From an uncultured Gammaproteobacteria bacterium (lineage in GTDB: Bacteria > Patescibacteriota > Microgenomatia > Daviesbacterales > UBA10151): a stretch of DNA of 64,000 bases. A program made the translations under genes and the position numbers. Of this stretch, positions 36,656 through 45,453 are shown piece after piece. Numbering within the stretch: the first letter of the stretch is position 1; every line of letters starts with the position of its first letter. The stretch spans positions 8,500-72,499 of the forward strand of contig CAZKCV010000002.1 of the NCBI GenBank assembly GCA_964551605.1, written 5' to 3'. The notes below the pieces were generated by a model, which searched no databases, had not been told where the DNA came from, and saw only the letters and a program-made list of their open reading frames with translations.

Positions 36656-36670
36656 ATTATAATCCTATAG

Positions 36671-36699
36671 TTGACAAATTGTTAATATTGTGGTAATAT
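36671..36699 (+). promoter_or_regulatory. Putative sigma70 promoter (extended -10)
   Basis: TTGACA-17 nt-TAATAT with TGG before -10; 9 nt before ATG 36709. Confidence 0.6.
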
Positions 36700-36708
36700 C
36701 TCCTCCTA

Positions 36709-37419
36709 ATGAAATCAAGAGAGACTATTATAAATGCCGGATTAGCATTGGCTTTATTTGGTGCTGCATTAACCAGTGGATGTGCCTCTAGTGATGGTAA
36801 AGAGGGTAAAGTAATACCTACTTCTGTCAAACCCGCTGCCGGAGCTACCCCAACTCCAGGTCCTATCTTACTTATCTATAGAAGTTCAGCTCCTGAGGAT
36901 CAACTAGATGAGTTTGATGCAAAAGTTGCATTAGAGCAAGGTTTAAAACCTAGCTTCTTAACAGCAGAGAATTTAGGGGGAAGTTTACAATTAGAACTTA
37001 TACCGAATTCAGAAGATTTATCTAGAGTGGGTAACAGATTCAAACGATGGCAAGTGGTCAATAATCACGGTTCAAAGTTGGAGGCTGTAATTGAGGCGGC
37101 CTATGGAACTGGGGGTCTTCAGACAGCCAAGGTTACAGGTCAAGTTAAAGGCGTTTTTTCTAGCGAACAACCCTTTGTTTATGTTAAAACAGGAGAAGCC
37201 AATAAAGTAGTATCAGAAATAGAGGAAAAAGGGGTTTTTAATTTGGGTGGAGGAAATATTACTGTAATTGAATTTCCTGGGCGCAGTCTTCCAGGTTCAG
37301 ATGAGACTGTAGAATTGATTATGGCAATTAGGAGAGTAGGAAAAACTATGGATGGACGATCAACAGAACTTACAGTTTCTCCTAATGGAAAATTTGAATA
37401 TTCAATATTACCTAAATAA
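36709..37419 (+). CDS. Hypothetical lipoprotein-like protein
   Basis: Signal peptide ending LTSGC (lipobox-like), Pro/Thr linker; own promoter. Confidence 0.7.
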   Translation: MKSRETIINAGLALALFGAALTSGCASSDGKEGKVIPTSVKPAAGATPTPGPILLIYRSSAPEDQLDEFDAKVALEQGLKPSFLTAENLGGSLQLELIPNSEDLSRVGNRFKRWQVVNNHGSKLEAVIEAAYGTGGLQTAKVTGQVKGVFSSEQPFVYVKTGEANKVVSEIEEKGVFNLGGGNITVIEFPGRSLPGSDETVELIMAIRRVGKTMDGRSTELTVSPNGKFEYSILPK

Positions 37420-37530
37420 TAGTACCTCCCCTTGAGTAAAGACTTTGTAATTTAGCTTTCCACACCCGGTGTGTGTATTCAAAATTATTATTAATTTAAA
37501 CCTCCAATCCGGGATTGTAGGTTCGAAGTT

Positions 37531-37620
37531 TCACTCATCAACATCAATCATTGTATGCTTGATTAGTTCCAGTTTTGCTCCATAATCTGCCTGATCAAGG
37601 ACAAATTTTTCATAATCTGC
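37531..37620 (-). pseudogene. 3' remnant of a second RAYT transposase
   Basis: Translates ADYEKFVLDQADYGAKLELIKHTMIDVDE-stop, aligning with the intact RAYT end MDYKKFVDDQIDYAQKLEVIKHQLLDSED-stop; REP-like hairpins lie downstream (about 37456-37525). Confidence 0.8.
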
Positions 37621-37668
37621 TGTCTCAATTCTAAAAGCTTTAACAGCTTTTGGAAAAACTAGTAGATA

Positions 37669-37715
37669 TTGACACAAGAGAACTTAATCTATACACTGAT
37701 ACGTATGGGTGTATA
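37669..37715 (+). promoter_or_regulatory. Promoter plus 26-bp palindromic operator-like site upstream of the yerC-like gene
   Basis: TTGACA(37669)-17 nt-TACACT(37692); palindrome TATACAC-TG-ATACGTAT-GG-GTGTATA (37690-37715) ends 1 nt before the ATG. Confidence 0.7.
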
Positions 37716-37716
37716 A

Positions 37717-38259
37717 ATGGGTAAGTTTAATTATTTTTCTTATAAAGAAAAGAGATTGGAAAAATTCTCCCAAAAAGAACAAGAAGATTTGGTATTTGAT
37801 CTTATAAATGCATTTGCTCTGGCTAACAATCCATTCGATTCTGCGCTTTTGCTGCAGGATTTGTTAACTGAAGATGAAATAAAGGACCTTGCCAAAAGAC
37901 TACGTATTGCTAAGCTTCTTATTGCAGGAAGCACACATGAGCAAATAGTAGAAGAGCTTCATTGTAGTTTTGCAACAGTCACAAAAGTTAGGATTTGGTT
38001 AGACAATGCCGGTGATGGTTTTAAAAAGATTATCAAGAAACTGCCGCCGAGAAGAGAAAGATTCGTACCTAAAAAAATACCAGGTGTGGGCTATGGTTTG
38101 CTGAATATACTGTCTTACTATGTTTCTACTAGTTTAAAAGAAAAAGAGAAGAAAAGATTAGCGAATTTTTTGGGCAGTGTGAAGGTTAAGACTTCTGTAG
38201 ATAAAGATTTAAAAGAAGAGGTAAGTACAGGATTTAGAAGTTTGAAGAGTAGGAGATAA
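37717..38259 (+). CDS. TrpR-like (YerC/YecD family) HTH protein with C-terminal extension
   Basis: LLQDLLTEDEIKDLAKRLRIAKLL..G.T.EQI.EEL.CS.ATVTKV..WL..G.GF pattern. Confidence 0.85.
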   Translation: MGKFNYFSYKEKRLEKFSQKEQEDLVFDLINAFALANNPFDSALLLQDLLTEDEIKDLAKRLRIAKLLIAGSTHEQIVEELHCSFATVTKVRIWLDNAGDGFKKIIKKLPPRRERFVPKKIPGVGYGLLNILSYYVSTSLKEKEKKRLANFLGSVKVKTSVDKDLKEEVSTGFRSLKSRR

Positions 38260-38272
38260 TTAAAGTTTACGA

Positions 38273-38298
38273 TATACACTCATACGTATGGATGTATA
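38273..38298. repeat. Second copy of the 26-bp palindrome, downstream of the yerC-like gene
   Basis: TATACACTCATACGTATGGATGTATA, 24/26 identical to 37690-37715. Confidence 0.85.
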
Positions 38299-38341
38299 GT
38301 AACAATACACTAATTGGTTTTATCAAGCTCTCATCGGCATA

Positions 38342-38761
38342 TTATTGGGTAGAAGTTGGAGTCGGGGGAGGGGGAGGTTGGCCACCGAAAAGAGCATTTT
38401 TGACTTCATTAACTACCTGGTCCGGAGTATAGGAGGCTTTTATTAAATAAGCCTGTGCCCCCAATTCAAACCCTTCCTTAATTACTGCCTCCTGTCCTAA
38501 ATTAGTTAATAAAATGGTAATCATGGGGGAATTTGGATTGTGGGTCTTAAATTCCCTTAAAAGCTGCAGGCCATTAATCCCCGGCAGCATGATATCCAAA
38601 AGCAGCAGGTCAAAAGCTTCTGCTTTTAACATATCTAAGCCGGTTTGTCCGTCCGGAGCGCTTTTTACAAAAAACCCGGCTTTGGTTAGCTGTCTGGTAT
38701 ATAGTTCTCTGATGAAATCTTCATCCTCTACCAGTAAAATTCTTTTTGAAGCCGGATCCAT
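38342..38761 (-). CDS. Single-domain response regulator (receiver only)
   Basis: ILLVEDE, LLDIMLP.ING, LTN, GAQAYLIK; Pro-rich tail and no output domain. Confidence 0.92.
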   Translation of the reverse strand: MDPASKRILLVEDEDFIRELYTRQLTKAGFFVKSAPDGQTGLDMLKAEAFDLLLLDIMLPGINGLQLLREFKTHNPNSPMITILLTNLGQEAVIKEGFELGAQAYLIKASYTPDQVVNEVKNALFGGQPPPPPTPTSTQ

Positions 38762-38785
38762 ACTAAACTATTTTATATGATTAAC

Positions 38786-40252
38786 CTAATAATTCAAGGT
38801 CCCAGATTGAAAAGCCTGGGAAGTAAACTGCTTGGTATCTAACATGCCGGCACTTTGGGTAACTACCGGTAGGGTAAAGGAAAACTTACTTCCTTTGCCA
38901 GCTTCTGATTCCACCCAGATTTTGCCATGCAGCTTTTCAATAATGGATTTGGAGATATAGAGCCCCAAGCCGGTGCCCTTATTGGCCTTTTGTTCCGTAT
39001 TGGAAACCCTAAAGAATTTATTAAAAAGATGGGGAATGGCCTGTGGCGGGATACCGATGCCGGTATCTGAAACCGTAGTTTGGACTTCAGTAGGAGAAAC
39101 TTTGGTAGTAATTTCCACCTTGCCACCAGCATTGGTATAATTTATGGCGTTGGCTACTAAATTAGTAACCACCTCGTCTATCCTGATAGGGTCAGCCATG
39201 ACCTGAGGTAAATTGTCCGTCGGGTTCAAATTTAAGACAATCCCTTTTTGATTAGCCTGGCTTCTTAAATCATTAACTGTCTTAGTTAAGATGGGTAGGA
39301 AGTCAGTCGGTTGGGGAGTCACGGCCAGCTGTTCCCGTTCTATTTTATTGACATTTAACAAATTGGAAATTAAGGTCTGCAACTGTTGGGCTGCAGTAAG
39401 AGCTTTATGCAAAAGGTCATAGCTTTCCTTGGGGATATTTTTTTGGTTCTCTTCCAGAAATACTGATAGATAACCTACAATGCTGGTTAAGGGGGTTTTT
39501 AACTCATGAGAAGCCATGGAGACAAAATCCAGTTTCATCTGCTCCAGTTCTTCCTCTTTAGATAGGTCATGCAATATCAAGATGCAGTTTAGATTGGTTT
39601 GAACAGCAGCTGTCACCTGGGCAGTCATGACATGCACTTTTGTTTGTTTGCCCTGTTTTCCGATCAGCTTGGCAGTCTGATTGAAACTGCCCTGCGAATA
39701 AGCCTTTGATAGAATCTCTACGTTATCGGAAAAAAGGTGAATAATTTCATCAATTTTTTTGCCCTGTATTTCTGCCAGACTAAAATTTGTCAGCTCTTCT
39801 GCAGCTTTATTAAAGAATAGAATGTTTTTGTTAAAGTCTAAGGCGATAATGCCGTCTATGACGGAAGATAAAATTTCATTAAATTTATTCCTTTCGGCAA
39901 CGGCAGCTGCTTCCCGGTTCTCGATATTTTGGATAGTCCTGGCTATTTTTTCCGCCATCAGGTTAAAGGAGCTGCCGGCTTCTTCAAATTCATCCCCGGA
40001 TCTTAGATCCAGTCGTCGGCTTAGGTTACCGTCGGAAAAATCCCGGGCGCCTTTGATTAATGACTTAAGAGGTTTTAATACCCAGAATAAAAACAAAATA
40101 GCCAAAATAGCGCTGGCCACTGCTGCTGTAAGGTAAAGTATCGGGGTTAAAGGAAAAAATAATCCCATCAGGCCGGGAACCAGGGCTGCAAAGATAGCGG
40201 TTAAGCCCACTTTTAGATGAAGGGTTTTTTTAGGTTTGGCAGTTGGGGTCAT
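38786..40252 (-). CDS. Sensor histidine kinase (2TM-HAMP-PAS-HisKA-HATPase)
   Basis: DEFE..G.SFN.M HAMP; FNKAAEEL PAS; SHELKTPLT H-box; NLVANAINY, DTGIGI, FFRV and GTGLGL boxes. Confidence 0.93.
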   Translation of the reverse strand: MTPTAKPKKTLHLKVGLTAIFAALVPGLMGLFFPLTPILYLTAAVASAILAILFLFWVLKPLKSLIKGARDFSDGNLSRRLDLRSGDEFEEAGSSFNLMAEKIARTIQNIENREAAAVAERNKFNEILSSVIDGIIALDFNKNILFFNKAAEELTNFSLAEIQGKKIDEIIHLFSDNVEILSKAYSQGSFNQTAKLIGKQGKQTKVHVMTAQVTAAVQTNLNCILILHDLSKEEELEQMKLDFVSMASHELKTPLTSIVGYLSVFLEENQKNIPKESYDLLHKALTAAQQLQTLISNLLNVNKIEREQLAVTPQPTDFLPILTKTVNDLRSQANQKGIVLNLNPTDNLPQVMADPIRIDEVVTNLVANAINYTNAGGKVEITTKVSPTEVQTTVSDTGIGIPPQAIPHLFNKFFRVSNTEQKANKGTGLGLYISKSIIEKLHGKIWVESEAGKGSKFSFTLPVVTQSAGMLDTKQFTSQAFQSGTLNY

Positions 40253-40295
40253 AATTTAAGCGTAACAAAAGTGGAATTTTGAATCAACAAGCTAG

Positions 40296-40369
40296 TAGCG
40301 CGTACGGGAGTTGAACCCGTGATTTTCGGAATGAGAATCCGACGTCCTAGGCCACTAGACGAACGCGCC
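40296..40369 (-). tRNA. tRNA-Glu (anticodon CTC), CCA not encoded
   Basis: Reverse complement folds as GGCGCGT acceptor / D arm with AGTGG / TCGGA-TTCTCAT-TCCGA / ACGGG-TTCAACT-CCCGT / ACGCGCT-A. Confidence 0.95.
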
Positions 40370-40489
40370 ATGATTAAATTATATCATTTCTTGAGCCTGT
40401 GAGGTGTATTACTGAATAGCAATTGACAAGCGATCAAAATTAAGAGTAGAATCTGCTCAATTTGCTGCTTTCTGGCAGAAAGGTTTATT

Positions 40490-40978
40490 ATGTCTAAAAT
40501 CAATGAAAACCCGAAGCTTAAAAAAAGTGTTTATTTAACAGCTCAGGGTTTGGCAGATGCTAAGGAAGAGTTAGAGCTTTTGAAGCATACTAAAAGAGGG
40601 CAGATTGCCGAGATTATTCATCAGGCAAGGCAATACGGAGACTTGGCTGAAAACTCAGAATATGATGCTGCGCTAGAAGAGCAGGCTATGGTAGAAAGCC
40701 GCATCTCTGAACTGGAAAATATCTTAAAAAGCGCCAAGGTTATAAGTAATCAGCATACCGAGGATTTTGTGGTCATCGGTTCTACAGTCAAAATAGAAAT
40801 GGATGACGGGATTGATGAATTTACCATCGTAGGCAGGGTAGAAGCAGACCCTTCCAAAAAAAGGATCTCCAATGAGTCCCCCTTAGGTTCATCTTTGATA
40901 GGAGCTAAAAAGGGAGAGGTAGTTGAGGTTGCAACACCAATAGTAAGGTATAAGTGTAAGGTTCTCGATATAAGATGA
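40490..40978 (+). CDS. greA: Transcription elongation factor GreA
   Basis: AR.YGDLAENSEYDAA and ISNESPLG motifs. Confidence 0.95.
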   Translation: MSKINENPKLKKSVYLTAQGLADAKEELELLKHTKRGQIAEIIHQARQYGDLAENSEYDAALEEQAMVESRISELENILKSAKVISNQHTEDFVVIGSTVKIEMDDGIDEFTIVGRVEADPSKKRISNESPLGSSLIGAKKGEVVEVATPIVRYKCKVLDIR

Positions 40979-41056
40979 GAAGCGCAATTGTATCAAGAAC
41001 CTTGCCTTTTACTAAGGTAAAACGTAAAGTTTTAGAAATTAAATAGGAGTAAAATT

Positions 41057-42370
41057 ATGGCTAAGCAGTCCAATCAAGGAGCGTTAATAGAATTTAATCC
41101 CAAATTACCTAAACTTTCTCAAAACGAGAAAAAAGTTTTAAAACTGTTAGTGGAGGCTGCTAAGCTAATTGCCCCAATTTATCTGGAGCAAGAAAAACAG
41201 GCAAATAAGCTGGATAAAAGAGAGATTGAAAAAGCAGCGAAAAAAGATCCTTCTCTTCTGTCGCCTTATACTGTTGTTGAAAAAGTTGACGGAAAACTTA
41301 ATGCAGTTCCTTATCACATAAAATATGCAAAACTTCTAAAGCCGGTTGCTGAAGAATTAGAAAAAGCAGCAGGTATTACTGACAACAAGGAGTTTGGAAG
41401 AGCTTTGAAGTTGCAAGCAAAGGCTCTTTTAAATGGTTTTTATGACGAGGCAACTGTTGCCTGGTTAAAAATTAAGCCGTATGTTTTAGATATTTCCATA
41501 GGGCCAGTCGAGCATTTTGATGACGAAGTATTCTTTGCAAAAGCTGCTTATCAAGCTTGGGTAGGAACAGTCAATGAAGACGGAACAAAGAGGCTTAATT
41601 TTTACAAAAAAATAATACTAAGTGCAAGAAGAGAAGCTTTGATACTTGGAGAACGCTTGGATAATTACGAGAGGGTTAAAGCAAAAATAATTGATGTGCT
41701 TGTTTTTTCGGGACTTATGGCTAAAACAAAATTTGTGGGGGTAAACTTACCAATGAACCTTAATATTATTGAAAAGTATGGTTCAGAAGTTACACTTTTT
41801 AATCAAATTAATGACTTGAGGTTAAAAGAGCAAATATTGCCTACATTCAATAAAATTTTTTCACCGGCATTTAGGAAAGGATTTAGTGCGGAAGATTTGA
41901 GAAGAGGCAGCCGGTCCTATGTAGCTCTTCATGAATTAGCTCATAATTTTTTATACTATAAAAATTCTCCTAAGAACCTCCAAGATTTACTTCCCTGTAT
42001 TTATGAGCTTACAGCAACTCTTTTAGGAATGAGAATAGCAGGGTCGCTTCTTCTGCAAGATATAATTCCAAGTAAAAAACTAGAATCTATGATGGTGGCC
42101 TTTATATGCAGAAGCTTTGATCTTATAGAAAAGAGTAGGAAAGATAGCTCTATGGTTAATTATGCTTTAGGTGGTGCTATTTTTATTAACTTTATGCTTG
42201 AAAGTGGTGCATTAAAACAAAAGAAAGGAATGGCGATACCTAATTTTATGAGGATTTTTGTATCTTTACAGGAACTGTCATATATAATGGAGCGTTTACT
42301 TTCCTCAGGTACCAGAAATGATGCAGAGGTTTTTATAAAAAAGTACGGACAATTACGTAAAATTTTATAA
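41057..42370 (+). CDS. Dipeptidyl-peptidase III (M49)-like protein, possibly degenerate
   Basis: LSPYTVV, VPYH..Y, IGPVE, VNLP and HELAH (HExxH) motifs resembling bacterial DPP3/Nudix-hydrolase-3-like proteins. Confidence 0.6.
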   Translation: MAKQSNQGALIEFNPKLPKLSQNEKKVLKLLVEAAKLIAPIYLEQEKQANKLDKREIEKAAKKDPSLLSPYTVVEKVDGKLNAVPYHIKYAKLLKPVAEELEKAAGITDNKEFGRALKLQAKALLNGFYDEATVAWLKIKPYVLDISIGPVEHFDDEVFFAKAAYQAWVGTVNEDGTKRLNFYKKIILSARREALILGERLDNYERVKAKIIDVLVFSGLMAKTKFVGVNLPMNLNIIEKYGSEVTLFNQINDLRLKEQILPTFNKIFSPAFRKGFSAEDLRRGSRSYVALHELAHNFLYYKNSPKNLQDLLPCIYELTATLLGMRIAGSLLLQDIIPSKKLESMMVAFICRSFDLIEKSRKDSSMVNYALGGAIFINFMLESGALKQKKGMAIPNFMRIFVSLQELSYIMERLLSSGTRNDAEVFIKKYGQLRKIL

Positions 42371-42395
42371 AATTTACGGTTGGTTAAGAAGTAAG

Positions 42396-42424
42396 TTGCA
42401 ATACCTACACATAGCGAGTATAAT
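42396..42424 (+). promoter_or_regulatory. Near-consensus sigma70 promoter
   Basis: TTGCAA-17 nt-TATAAT, 8 nt before ATG 42433. Confidence 0.65.
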
Positions 42425-42432
42425 TCCCGATT

Positions 42433-43248
42433 ATGGTTACATTCAGGGGGATAGAAAGCAGGGGGGCAAATCCAACGAGCGAAAGAGATTCTGTTAAAAA
42501 GAAAAATGGACATCGCGGGCCTACAACTATAGATTTTTTAGGCTCGGGTTATAGTGCAGACATTTTTTTTAGAGGCTCCTATATTGCAGAAGAAACTGAA
42601 TTGGCTCAAAAAACGGAAACGCTAATTGTAAAAGCAAATCTTTGGACTCCAGAGGTAGCAAATCAAATGGTAAAGATAGGTTTGAGCGGAAGAGATTCAC
42701 AGAGAACAAGCTGGATAGGCTTCAGAAGATTAGATGTACCTACGGGCGAATACGTCGGATTAGCATGGCAAGAAGAGGTTAATGTGCGTTCTGCTAGAGG
42801 AGATCGTAGACTACTTTATATGAAATTAAGAGCATTTGAACCAGAAGCCCAGGGGAAGCATCTGGGGAGGATAGCCATGCAATTAGCTCTCGGTGTACAT
42901 ACTGATGTTGAGTATATCGCACACAGAACAGGTAATCCTCTTTCAGTACGCTCTTGGTTGGAATCAGGCGTTTTTAATCATGGACTGCGTTTCCCTTACG
43001 ATCAACCATTTGCTAGGGATATTGAACTAACAAACTTACTGTTATGGGTTTATGACCGATTTAATACAGGGGGGAAAATGCCAAATCTATCTACCGGAGT
43101 AAGTATAGGTGATTACCTTGAACCAAATGGAGCTATCCCCGATCAGATACATGGTTCTGCTAAAGATACTCTTGAATGGATGACAGGAAGATTAAGGATG
43201 AATTTAGCCAGAGGAGATGCGTTATACGAAATTGGTAAACTTAAATAA
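42433..43248 (+). CDS. Hypothetical protein, possible GNAT-fold acyltransferase
   Basis: FEPEAQGKHLG resembles GNAT motif A (Q/RxxGxG); RTGNP. Confidence 0.55.
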   Translation: MVTFRGIESRGANPTSERDSVKKKNGHRGPTTIDFLGSGYSADIFFRGSYIAEETELAQKTETLIVKANLWTPEVANQMVKIGLSGRDSQRTSWIGFRRLDVPTGEYVGLAWQEEVNVRSARGDRRLLYMKLRAFEPEAQGKHLGRIAMQLALGVHTDVEYIAHRTGNPLSVRSWLESGVFNHGLRFPYDQPFARDIELTNLLLWVYDRFNTGGKMPNLSTGVSIGDYLEPNGAIPDQIHGSAKDTLEWMTGRLRMNLARGDALYEIGKLK

Positions 43249-43299
43249 AATTTTTGATCTCTCCTTTAAAAAACTTCTAGCTTCAGTTATACTTTAGCC

Positions 43300-44865
43300 A
43301 TGTATTGGGCTGACAGGGTAGCAAAGGAAATTATAGATTCAAAAAAGTATAAGCCGTACTGGGTAGATGATATGAAAACCCTCTCCGGCTATCCGACAGT
43401 CGGATCCTTAAGGGGCCCTTTAGTTCATGACTTTATTTATAAAGCATTGCTTAAGGCAGGGGTTGATGCGAAATTTACTTACATATTTAACGATTTTGAT
43501 CCTATGGATGAAGTTCCTCCGGAACTGAAAGAAAAATTCTCACAGTATTTAGGTTTACCTTTAAAAAAGGTTCCTTCACCCAAAGAAGGATATCCTAACT
43601 ATGCAGATTATTTTGCCGCAGATTTTGGAGAAGTTTTAAGAGGATTGGGGGTGGAAGCGGAATTCTTATCGTCTTGGAATATGTATCAAAATGGTAATTT
43701 TGATGGGGTTATTAGGGAAGCTTTAGATAATGCTGAAAAAATTCAGGATATCTACAGAAAAGTTTCCGGAAGTAAAAAAAGGGACATAGGCTGGTTGCCT
43801 CTGCAAGTTATTTGTGAGGAATGTGGCAAGGTAGGGACTACCAGAGTACATGATTGGGATGGGAAAACAGTTGCCTATATCTGTGAGAAAAATATGGTGA
43901 AGTGGGCAGAAGGTTGTGGTTTTACAGGTAGAATTTCGCCTTTCGGAGGAAATGGAAAATTGCCATGGAAAGTTGATTGGCCGGCACACTGGAAGGTTTT
44001 AGGAATTACAATTGAAGGGGCTGGGAAAGATCACTCATCAGCCGGAGGTTCGAGAGATATTGCAGCGGAGCTTTGTAAGCAAGTTTTCCATATTGAAAAT
44101 CCATATAATTTGCCTTATGAATTTTTCCTGCTTGGGGGAAGAAAAATGTCCACTTCGAAAGGTATCGGACTAAAGGCTCGGGATATCACAGAGTTGTTGC
44201 CCGCGTCAGTTGCAAGGTTTTTATTTTGCAGAAGCGATTATCGACAAACTGTTGAGTTTGAGCCAATCGGAACTATGGCTATTCCTGATCTTTTTGATGA
44301 ATACGACAGATGTTTTAAAGCTTTTATTGATGATTCAGACGAGAATTTATCCCGGGCTTTTGAGATGTCGCAGATTGGGGAAATCCCTCACAAAAAAGAA
44401 ACTCTTTTACCTAGATTTCGGGATGTAGTCAATTATATCCAAATGCCTAATGTGGATGTTCTTAAAAAGTATGAAGAAATTAAAGGTGCAAAATTGTCAG
44501 ATATAGAAATAAATCTAATAAATGAAAGAGCAAAATATGCCAAAATTTGGCTGGAAAAATATGCGCCGGAGGAGTTTAGAATAAAAATAAGTGAAAGTTT
44601 ACCTCAAAAAGTAAAAGATTTAAGCAAAGAACAAAAACAGTTTCTAAAAAAGGCAATTGATTTAATTGAAGAAAATGATGACCCGGAAAAATTGCAGCTT
44701 GCTTTATATGATCTGACAAAAAAACTAAAAGTTGACGCCAAAAAATCTTTTTCTGCTATTTACATGGCTTTAATAGGCAAAGAATTCGGTCCGAAAGCGG
44801 CCTGGTTTTTACTGCAATATCCTAAAGAACAGGTAATTAAACGTTTAGAGGAAGCGACAAGATGA
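43300..44865 (+). CDS. lysK: Lysine--tRNA ligase, class I
   Basis: MYWAD, SG.P.VG, ND.DP, CEECG, GKLPWKVDWPA.W, GKDH, KMSTSKG and GP motifs. Confidence 0.93.
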   Translation: MYWADRVAKEIIDSKKYKPYWVDDMKTLSGYPTVGSLRGPLVHDFIYKALLKAGVDAKFTYIFNDFDPMDEVPPELKEKFSQYLGLPLKKVPSPKEGYPNYADYFAADFGEVLRGLGVEAEFLSSWNMYQNGNFDGVIREALDNAEKIQDIYRKVSGSKKRDIGWLPLQVICEECGKVGTTRVHDWDGKTVAYICEKNMVKWAEGCGFTGRISPFGGNGKLPWKVDWPAHWKVLGITIEGAGKDHSSAGGSRDIAAELCKQVFHIENPYNLPYEFFLLGGRKMSTSKGIGLKARDITELLPASVARFLFCRSDYRQTVEFEPIGTMAIPDLFDEYDRCFKAFIDDSDENLSRAFEMSQIGEIPHKKETLLPRFRDVVNYIQMPNVDVLKKYEEIKGAKLSDIEINLINERAKYAKIWLEKYAPEEFRIKISESLPQKVKDLSKEQKQFLKKAIDLIEENDDPEKLQLALYDLTKKLKVDAKKSFSAIYMALIGKEFGPKAAWFLLQYPKEQVIKRLEEATR

Positions 44866-45452
44866 ATACGACTGATTTAAAAAAGATCTTAAAAGTTTTT
44901 TTGACACTGCAGTGGGCTAAAGAACTCCCCAGACAGGGTTTTATTGCCTTAGGCTTTAAAAGGAATGAGGCAGACTCAGTTGCCGCACATTCTTTTGTGA
45001 CGGCACTCCTTGCTTATTTTCTGGCCAAGCAACTACAAAAAGACGGGGTAAAAATAGATCCGGAAAAGGTTTTAAAAATGGGGCTTTTCCATGATGTCGG
45101 GGAAACCATAGTAGGGGATGTCGGAACTTTTGTTAAGGGTATGGCCGGAGGGGTGTTTAAAAATATTGAGGAGGAAGGGGTAAAGGCCTTGGTAGAAGGC
45201 TTGGATTCAAAGGAGGAAATTATCAAACTGGTGGAAGAATACAATGAAAGAAAGTCCTTAGAAGCAAGAGTGGTTAAAGCTGCCGATAACCTGGATGCCC
45301 TGGCTCAAGCCAAGGGTGTACCGGGAGCCCAGGATGCGCTAAAATATTTTAAGAGGGTTTATCATATTACCAAATTTGATTGGCATAAAAAGGCAGTTGA
45401 TTTAATTTTGAGTGGAGAGGTAGAACCCGGAAGAGAGTGGCAAAAAAAATGA
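44862..45452 (+). CDS. HD-domain phosphohydrolase (YfbR/HD_3-like)
   Basis: LPRQG, DSVAAHS, FHDVGE...GD, EAR.VK.AD.LD motifs. Confidence 0.85.
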   Translation: MNTTDLKKILKVFLTLQWAKELPRQGFIALGFKRNEADSVAAHSFVTALLAYFLAKQLQKDGVKIDPEKVLKMGLFHDVGETIVGDVGTFVKGMAGGVFKNIEEEGVKALVEGLDSKEEIIKLVEEYNERKSLEARVVKAADNLDALAQAKGVPGAQDALKYFKRVYHITKFDWHKKAVDLILSGEVEPGREWQKK

Positions 45453-45453
45453 T

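Noticed and set aside
36700-40369. Genomic island integrated at tRNA-Glu
   Set aside because: No integrase and no duplicated tRNA 3' end noticed in the window.
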